Source of the DNA: Tubiluchus corallicola | Taxonomy: Eukaryota; Animalia; Priapulida | Reading direction: 5' to 3' | Assembly: GCA_030141605.1 (NCBI GenBank) | Contig: JAQGDQ010000188.1 | Location: forward strand, 310,001 to 374,000 | Length of the DNA stretch: 64,000 nucleotides | Shown: positions 56,993-64,000 of the stretch, piece after piece | Position numbering within the stretch: the stretch's first letter is position 1 | Layout: each line of letters begins with the position of its first letter | Notes under the pieces: model-generated | The model's input: only the letters and a program-made list of their open reading frames with translations | Told to the model about the DNA's origin: nothing | Database searches by the model: none | Position numbers and translations under genes: made by a program

Positions 56993-57117
56993 AATAATAA
57001 TAAAAATCATGATAACGATTATCATCATCATCATCATCATTATCACGATCATGGTTATGATGATGATAATGATAACAATAACAACAGCAACAACGACGAT
57101 GACGATGATGATGATGA

Positions 57118-57211
<94 letters not shown>

Positions 57212-57232
57212 GAATAGTAATAATAATGTTAT
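56993..57232. repeat. Compound (ATC)n/(ATG)n/(ACA)n/(AAT)n microsatellite
   Basis: Directly visible; pure (AAT)n from ~57122-57210. Confidence 0.95.
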
Positions 57233-57379
57233 TAACATTAACAGGGAAACAGCAAATTCTGATAGCTAAAATGCAATTTATTTTAAATGAACTCGACAAC
57301 AAAATACTGGGTTATAAAACTTATAATAAAAGGTCTAGTTTATCAGACAGTCATCGTTCAGATGATCTCCTTGACCAAG

Positions 57380-58512
57380 ACGTACAACATAACTCCCATT
57401 CGTCATCCTACATTCTGGCTGCTAGTGAAGGGATAGAGTGTTACTACATGACCAAGTCATTGCGCTGATAACAGGCAATGAAACTTACATGAGCTCATAT
57501 AATTAGATAGGAAGACACGTAAATGCTTACAATGTATTGAGCATCTTCTTACAGCAGATGTAGGCAGAGTGAATGCGCCAGAGTGGGCGAAAGAGGTCTG
57601 AGAAGTGCTTATGATGCTTTACAGATGGAGTCACTCAATCCAAATGAGTATGTCAACAACAAGAGAGAGCCATTCCTAGAATGTGCCCGTGAAGGCAGAC
57701 TGACGAAGGGTGGTGAAACCAGCAAGAAATATAAAGTAATGTACCTAGAGAATGGACTGATGAGTAGAGAGGAAGAGTCTTACACATTTACGCACAAAAG
57801 TAAAAAAACCTAGGTAACAGTTAACAATGGTTAATATCTGGTGCACTAAGACCCAGAACTGAGTCATTATTGGTTGCTACGCAGCATCAAGCATTGGTCA
57901 CAAAAACATATATACTCGAATATATCATGTCATTAATAATCCATTATGTGGCACAGTGTTGCCAGACAGAAAAAACAGTAGAATTGAGTAATTGTGAATA
58001 TTGACAAATAGATACTAAGTTAAAAAAAAACATCATGGCCGAGTAGCTAAACTCGTTCACTGGGCTTTGAATGGTAAATATGAATCCTAGAAGCTCATCT
58101 TGATAGGAACATCACACTGGCAAGGTTGTGGAAAGTCAAAAAGCACAAATTCTTTGGGATTATAGTCTTTTTGCAGATAAAGTAATACACCACAAATGCC
58201 CCAAAATAACTGTAATCGAGAAGAAAGACAAGAAAGAGGCATTGCTAATTGATATAACAGCACCATGGGATGTAAACATTAAGATTAAATATGTACAGAA
58301 GGATGAAAAAATATACTTATCTGGCAGTTGAGTTGAAGCAACATGGGAAAAGCCAACTAGTGTTGTACCGGTAATACCAGGATGCTTAGAATGTGCTGAG
58401 GGAACTTTGGAAAACACAGTTGAAAGACTAGGAATTACAGGAGAATGTAAGTGGCAGGAGTTACAGAAGCAAATCATTTTGAGTTCAGCATACATCCTGA
58501 GACAATATTGAA
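57380..58512 (+). mobile_element. Degenerate R4/Dong-like non-LTR retrotransposon 3' part (restriction-like endonuclease domain)
   Basis: Fragments GERGLRS, RTESLLVATQHQALVT, HHGRVAKLVHWAL, ILWDYSLFADKVIHHKCPKITVIEKKDKKEALLIDITAPWD and terminal ELQKQIILSSAYILRQY match the C-terminus of RLE-type (R4/Dong/NeSL group) ORFs; many stops. Confidence 0.8.
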
Positions 58513-58574
58513 TTTTGTAGACCCCGTGCAGGTTTTGTGTTAATAGTACTGCTCGGGCGTAATCTAAAAGTATA

Positions 58575-58963
58575 GCTTCGAATAATTCACCACTTCAACT
58601 ACATACATTCTTTATCATTAAAACGTTCGAAGCGGCATGCAATCAGCACAATTTAATGTAATTTCTGCATTAGAACAATTTTTAAACAAACTATATTAGT
58701 GTTATTACAGCACAATAAAATCAAGCCATGTGCATGATCTTTGCGAGACTGCTTTTTGTACTCGAAAATATATTCGAAAGTCTTTAAAAGTGATGTCGAT
58801 TTCGATTTTGATTCGAAGACTTGAACTTCTTTCGTTTTAGAGTTCTTCCTGTCCAATGTCTATGAGCATAATTGACATAATAGGCATTTTGATGATCATC
58901 AGTTCAAAGCCAAAACTTCGAATTGATTCAAATTCGCTTTCTGAAAGAGAATACTCACCCCTT
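58575..58963. mobile_element. Second, inverted copy of the TTCGAA-rich MITE family upstream of SETD2
   Basis: Ends ATACTCACCCCT, the reverse complement of the AGGGGTGAGTAT terminus at 13160; several TTCGAA/TTCGAT motifs; left boundary uncertain. Confidence 0.5.
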
Positions 58964-59629
58964 GATGCATTATTCTGCGCTGCTACTTGTAGTTTTGTAC
59001 TACCCCCAAAAAAGATTAAGTTACTCTTGTAACACAATCACAAATTAAATGCCTGGAGGGCGCCGACGAAGTGAAGGTACTGTATAGTGTGCTTGTGCAA
59101 TAAACCGAAAATGAATTAAATTAAATCGTCTTCATTCATGTTCTTGTGAGCCTTGTTGTGTGTGGCATTAAATTTTTCGCAGGTTTTTGTGATTTTCACT
59201 GTCAGTCACTTATCAAAATGATTCTGTGAGGTATTTTTCTTGTTAGACTGGTAGTGACAATAGTATGCTAATAATTTCATGCCGAATAATTCAGTGTTTT
59301 GGTTATTTTATTGTACTTAGAGTTTAGAGATGTGCAAGCATAAAATATACTATTCGTGGCTCTAGTAAAAATTGCAGCCATGTGAGCGGCATTATAAATC
59401 GAAAACTCATTTATTTCAAGTAAATAGTAGATAGATAGGTGTGGAATAAACCAGCTTCTGAAGAGTTGTTTTTATACTATAGTGTATGCACAATGCAAAG
59501 CAGCAAAAATAATGGGGTGTAGGAGAAACTGTGGTGTAGCTAAAGTAATGGGCCTCTAGTTGCGGGCTAAGTTTAACTTATTTATAAATACATGTACAAA
59601 TACAGTGATGCGTATAAATATGTATATAA

Positions 59630-60235
59630 TGTGTGTGCTTGCGTACCAAAACCGTCCATAAGTCGGCATAGTTAAAACTACGTTACGATGCTTCAAAGCA
59701 GAGTTACCCAAAAATTTTGTCAAATGTCAATTTTTCGTATTTTGTATTTTCTTGATAATTTGCATCAAATTATCGAGAAAATGTCCTAAAAAATACTAAG
59801 AATATGATTTTATAACCCAGTGCCCACTTTTCTGGCTAGAAACTAGCACTACAATTGTGAAATACTTGTTTTTTCAAACTCTGATCGTAGCTCGTAGAAG
59901 CCGTCATTTTTCTTCGGGTTTTTTCTGTTGACAAGCCCACATCTTCGTCAGGAAGAGCCATCTACTGTATTTAAACATAGCTTCAATGTGTTCTTGGAAA
60001 ATCTGTAGCAATCAACACTTTTGCAGTTGACTTTAACAGTGTTTGTCTCAAGATTACGCTTTTCAGTGCATAGCCTACACCTCAACTTCATGGTGGATTA
60101 TCTCAGCTTAGAATGAACATAGAGCAATGAGCTTGGTATCAAAATGATCGTCTTGAAATGGAGATTCAGTGTAAGTGAATAACTAGAAAAGCTTTATTGC
60201 CGACTTATGGACAATTTTGCTATGCAAACACACAT
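59630..60235. mobile_element. MITE with ~40-bp TIRs in SETD2 intron 1
   Basis: tgtgtgcttgcgtaccaaaaccgtccataagtcggca ... tgccgacttatggacaattttgctatgcaaacacaca, flanked by TA-rich sequence. Confidence 0.75.
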
Positions 60236-60661
60236 ATATAGAAAGTATATAACTACAGTCATGCATATCTTACATAAACTGAAAAGCCTGTGCAAGAAAT
60301 CATCTGTAGATTATAAATTAATTTGTAGTTTGTTGTGAAGCATCCAGTATTAAATTTATTTGGGTATTGGAGATTTGAAATGTATCTAAGTATTAAAGTT
60401 TATTTTCTGTTCCATTTTTAAATGCCTTTTTAAATCTTTTGCTAAGCTTGATGCTTAGGCCATAATTTTACATGTATTATGTACAACAATTTATATAAAT
60501 AACATTAACAAGAGTCTTGTCCAGATACATTAGACTTGGTCTTCATTGTGTAACTTTTCAATTGCCAAAACTAGAGATTTTTTAATGTAGTTATTTAACT
60601 GCATACTTTTAGCATAGTTTCACCATGTGTAAATTTTGATGGATTTCAGCAGGCTTCTAAG

Positions 60662-63600
60662 ATGGATACAGAAGAGGAGTATGATCCAGCTTTTCCTACA
60701 GAGTAGGTATTTTGAAACTTTATACATATTTATTGTAACTTAATTAAAAAGTGGAAATTACTTCGATGATTTTCTGATTGCAGTCAAAATTTCTCAGTTT
60801 CTAATGTCCAATCAATACTGTTAAATTATTATCCATCGAATAATAATATCCATCTAAAACAGTGAATTAACAGATTATTTTGTAATAGAATCAAGAAATT
60901 GGAAAGCATTGTGAATTAAGAGCATTGTGTTTTTGATGGTATGCTTTAGTAAACTATTTTTAAAATCTGAAAATGGTATTTGGTAAATTTTGTAACTTAT
61001 TCATGTACATGTAAGCAAATTGCTGCATGTGTACTCAGAAATTATTATAGTTAGTAGATTATAGATTACTAACTAGATGTAGCAGTACAAACACGTTAAA
61101 AAATGTAAAAAAAGAAGTTATGCTACAAAATATGTTTACTGTTGAACTGATAGTAGCTCCTAGTATATGATTTATTAGAATCTTTAATTGACATTCGATG
61201 AAATTTCGAAACCAAAAAAATTTATTTGCAATAGATGGAGCTAAGTCAATAATTTGATTCTTGACAGTATCCAGCTTTGACAGATCTCGATCAGATGCCA
61301 TGCCAAAGTGATTCATTACAGTACAGTGAGTTCAGATTATGTGAAAAAAGTATCCCAGCTGATATGCTTTAGCATTAATAAAAGTGTATGCATATGTATT
61401 ATATAAAGACCCTGGTGCAAATAACGATGGTTTCAAGAGTTGAATGCCTGTTTAGTGTTAATTATATGTTAAAAGAGCTTATTTAAGAATATACCCGTTT
61501 TAATTTGCAACTAGACAGCAAAGTTGTGTTCAGGTATATTAGGAGGAGGCATCATTGTATTTCTTTTTGCATGTGATAGTAATTGCATTTAGATCTATTT
61601 TTGATTATTTCTTGCAGCGATGATGACAGAGAAATCAGAAGTCGACTTTCCACTACTGTCATTGATGATGCAAATATCCCTCTATTAAAAACATCAGCTG
61701 TTCGCAAACACTCCGAATTATTTCTACAAGGAAAGATTTTACCGGAGGCACCGATGCCAGTGGCGAAAAATGTCCTGGAATCAATTGTGCCCTATGAATT
61801 AGAATATGATTCTCAAACTAATACTCCAGCAGGAACTCCAAGAGCAAATATGCCACCATTTAATATACACAACAGTATTATTTCAGAGCTCAGAAATAAA
61901 AATGAAAAAGTAAAAATTTGCAACAAAAGTAAGGACTATGATACAAGACCAGAAAACACATTAAGTTCAGCAAAGGACAATAATGAACATATAGAGGACA
62001 TGATACAAAAGACAGCTTCCAGAAGCAGAGAAGAAGGCTTAAGCAGATCTGCCAAGTTAGCCGAAAAATTAGCTCAACGTATGAAAACTCGCTTGGAACT
62101 GTTTGACTTTGACAGTGACAGCAATGAAGGTAGTTGTGCTTCTCGGTTTTGTAACTTGCAAACTATAAATGCATACGGTAGTGTACCAGACAGTCTTTAC
62201 ATTTCTGGCAGGATCGATGATTTTGCAAACCAGACTAATGATTTACAAATCACTAGTAAGTGTACTTATTCACCCACTATCAGCACTAAACAGAAATCTT
62301 TGCCTAATAATCAGATGCCTGATTCATCGATTTTGCAATTAGAAGAGGTAAAAGGTGATGCAAAGAAAAACAATTTCAACCTTTTGGGAAACTCTTTTAA
62401 TGAAGAAAATTGTGATATTATGAGATCTAATCTACCTGCTTCTTTGTTAAACAAACACCAAAGCAAAAGTAATGAAACTGAACCTGATAGTATGTGTCAA
62501 AATGTTACTGTTGAGCCTGTAAAACCCAATGTAGAGGTAAAACCCGGAACAGAATTGCCATCTGGTGAGAGTCTGGTGGCAGATGTGTCTTTAAAGAAAA
62601 GGTTTGGAAAATTTCGCTATCTTCAGGAAGATAGAGATTCTGGATCTGAGCATGATGAAACGAAGGTTGATAAACAAGATCATAACAAACAAACAGACCT
62701 GCATTCAAATAATATTACTTTTCAGCCATTTGGAGACCATGCTAGTAGTCAAAGTACTCAAGGAATTGAGGCTGCATCTATGCCATTTGGTCCTGATGGT
62801 GATAATTCCAGTAGTATTTGTGATAGCCTACCTCTCAAGACTGAGACAGAAGAAAAAGATTTTCCAGTCTTGAAATCTAAAAAAGTGCAAAACAGACGAA
62901 GACCATCGCGATCTAGTGAGGAGAGTGAGTCCACACGACGACGTAGCAACAGAATTAAAACTCTAGAAGTGCGAAAAGAACAAGAGAAGAAACAACATGC
63001 AATAAAAATGGAAATAGAAAGAAGGAAGAAAGAAGAAGAACTTCAGCAGAAAAAGGAAGAGCCACCAAAACTAACACAGAAACTAAAACAAAAGCCTGCA
63101 GATAAACAAAGTGATGGCAAGCGTACATCAAAAAATAATAAACAAAAAGATAAAACTGTTGTACAAGCTGCAGACTCGCAAGCATTACTTCCTAAGTCAG
63201 GAAATGATGCTACAAACTTAGAAACTTCTGTTAATAATAACACATCCCCTCCGATAATTATCCCGACAGCCGTCCCTTCGCCTCCCAGACGACCCAAGCA
63301 GGAAACTACTGCATTTACTGAAGAACCACTAAAAGCAGAAAAGGTTAAATCAAGGTGGAGGCGATGGAGTGAAATGGATTTTGGCGTGAAAAGCAATACA
63401 ATTGATGCTAATGTTGTTCCTAGCTTACCTGTCTCCTCTTCTACCTCTGATGAATTGTCTATTTCCACTAGCACTGCTGTAACAGGTGCAGTGTTAGATA
63501 CTTCGCCATATTCCCAGCCTCCACAGGCAGCTTCACAACCACTTTTAGATCAACAAGAAAATTTGCCGCACTTTGAGATGTTAACAGAAAATATTTACTT

Positions 63601-63933
63601 GACAGAAAGGTATGTCATAATTTTTTATTTAGTTGGTATACAGTGCATACATCTTTTCATCATTTTTAAATGAGTCTACAGTTTAAATTATTTTGTTTTA
63701 ATGGATAGCATTGTATCAGTTTGCTTAAATTAATATTTTGTATCTTAAGGCGTATACATTCCAAGATCAGGAAGGAGATAAAACGGTACATATGTGATTG
63801 CACCACATCCCGAGAAGAGAGAAAGCGTGGGTTGTCAGCTTGTGGGACAAATTGTCTTAATCGACTATTAATGATTGAATGTACTTCGCGATGCCCAACT
63901 GGAAGCCACTGCACTAACAAAAGATTTCAAAAG
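60662..63933 (+). CDS. SETD2: Histone H3K36 methyltransferase SETD2/Set2, N-terminal exons (gene continues beyond right edge)
   Basis: Exons 60662-60702 (MDTEEEYDPAFPT, cf. vertebrate SETD2 YDPEHPT), 61618-63609 (long low-complexity exon ending PHFEMLTENIYLTER), 63750-63933 (AWS domain KEIKRYICDC...CGTNCLNRLLMIECTSRCPTGSHCTNKRFQK). Phases consistent. Probable non-coding first exon ending at 59230 (GAG|GTATTT). Confidence 0.92.
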
Positions 63934-64000
63934 GTTTGTTTTCCTTAATATTGAAGGACTTAACATAGCTTGTTAGAAGTGTTACATTTTCTTCTGCAAT

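Noticed and set aside
56376-57302. Poly-Leu, poly-Ile and poly-Asn ORFs
   Set aside because: Translations of trinucleotide microsatellites; no coding signal.

Overview
AT-rich, intron-rich metazoan (invertebrate-like) genomic DNA, not prokaryotic; most entries in the ORF track are spurious. I reconstructed seven protein-coding genes by hand from GT-AG junctions and recalled homology. They are: the 5' end of TRIP13/Pch2 (-, runs off the left edge), EIF2S2/eIF2-beta (-, 9 coding exons, ~290 aa), CDC27/APC3 (+, 19 exons, ~815 aa), a short FAM133 (-, ~132 aa), a USP2-like deubiquitinase with an intronless CDS (+), EIF1/SUI1 (-, 3 exons, 110 aa) and the 5' part of SETD2 (+, runs off the right edge). 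Introns and intergenic DNA hold many decayed mobile elements: CR1/L2-type LINE pieces, an R4/Dong-like fragment beside a (TAA)n tract, Tigger/pogo-like, hAT-like and Kolobok-like MITEs, a tRNA-derived SINE, and Penelope-like palindromes with hammerhead-ribozyme cores. The most interesting signals concern translational control. EIF2S2 and EIF1 both have ATF4/C-EBP-type elements just upstream, and EIF1 has the poor start context used for autoregulation. eIF2-beta has only two K-boxes, and the retrogene-like USP2 has a uORF-laden leader. A TTCGAA-rich MITE family sits at two promoters. Homology calls are from memory of these families; no database search was run.
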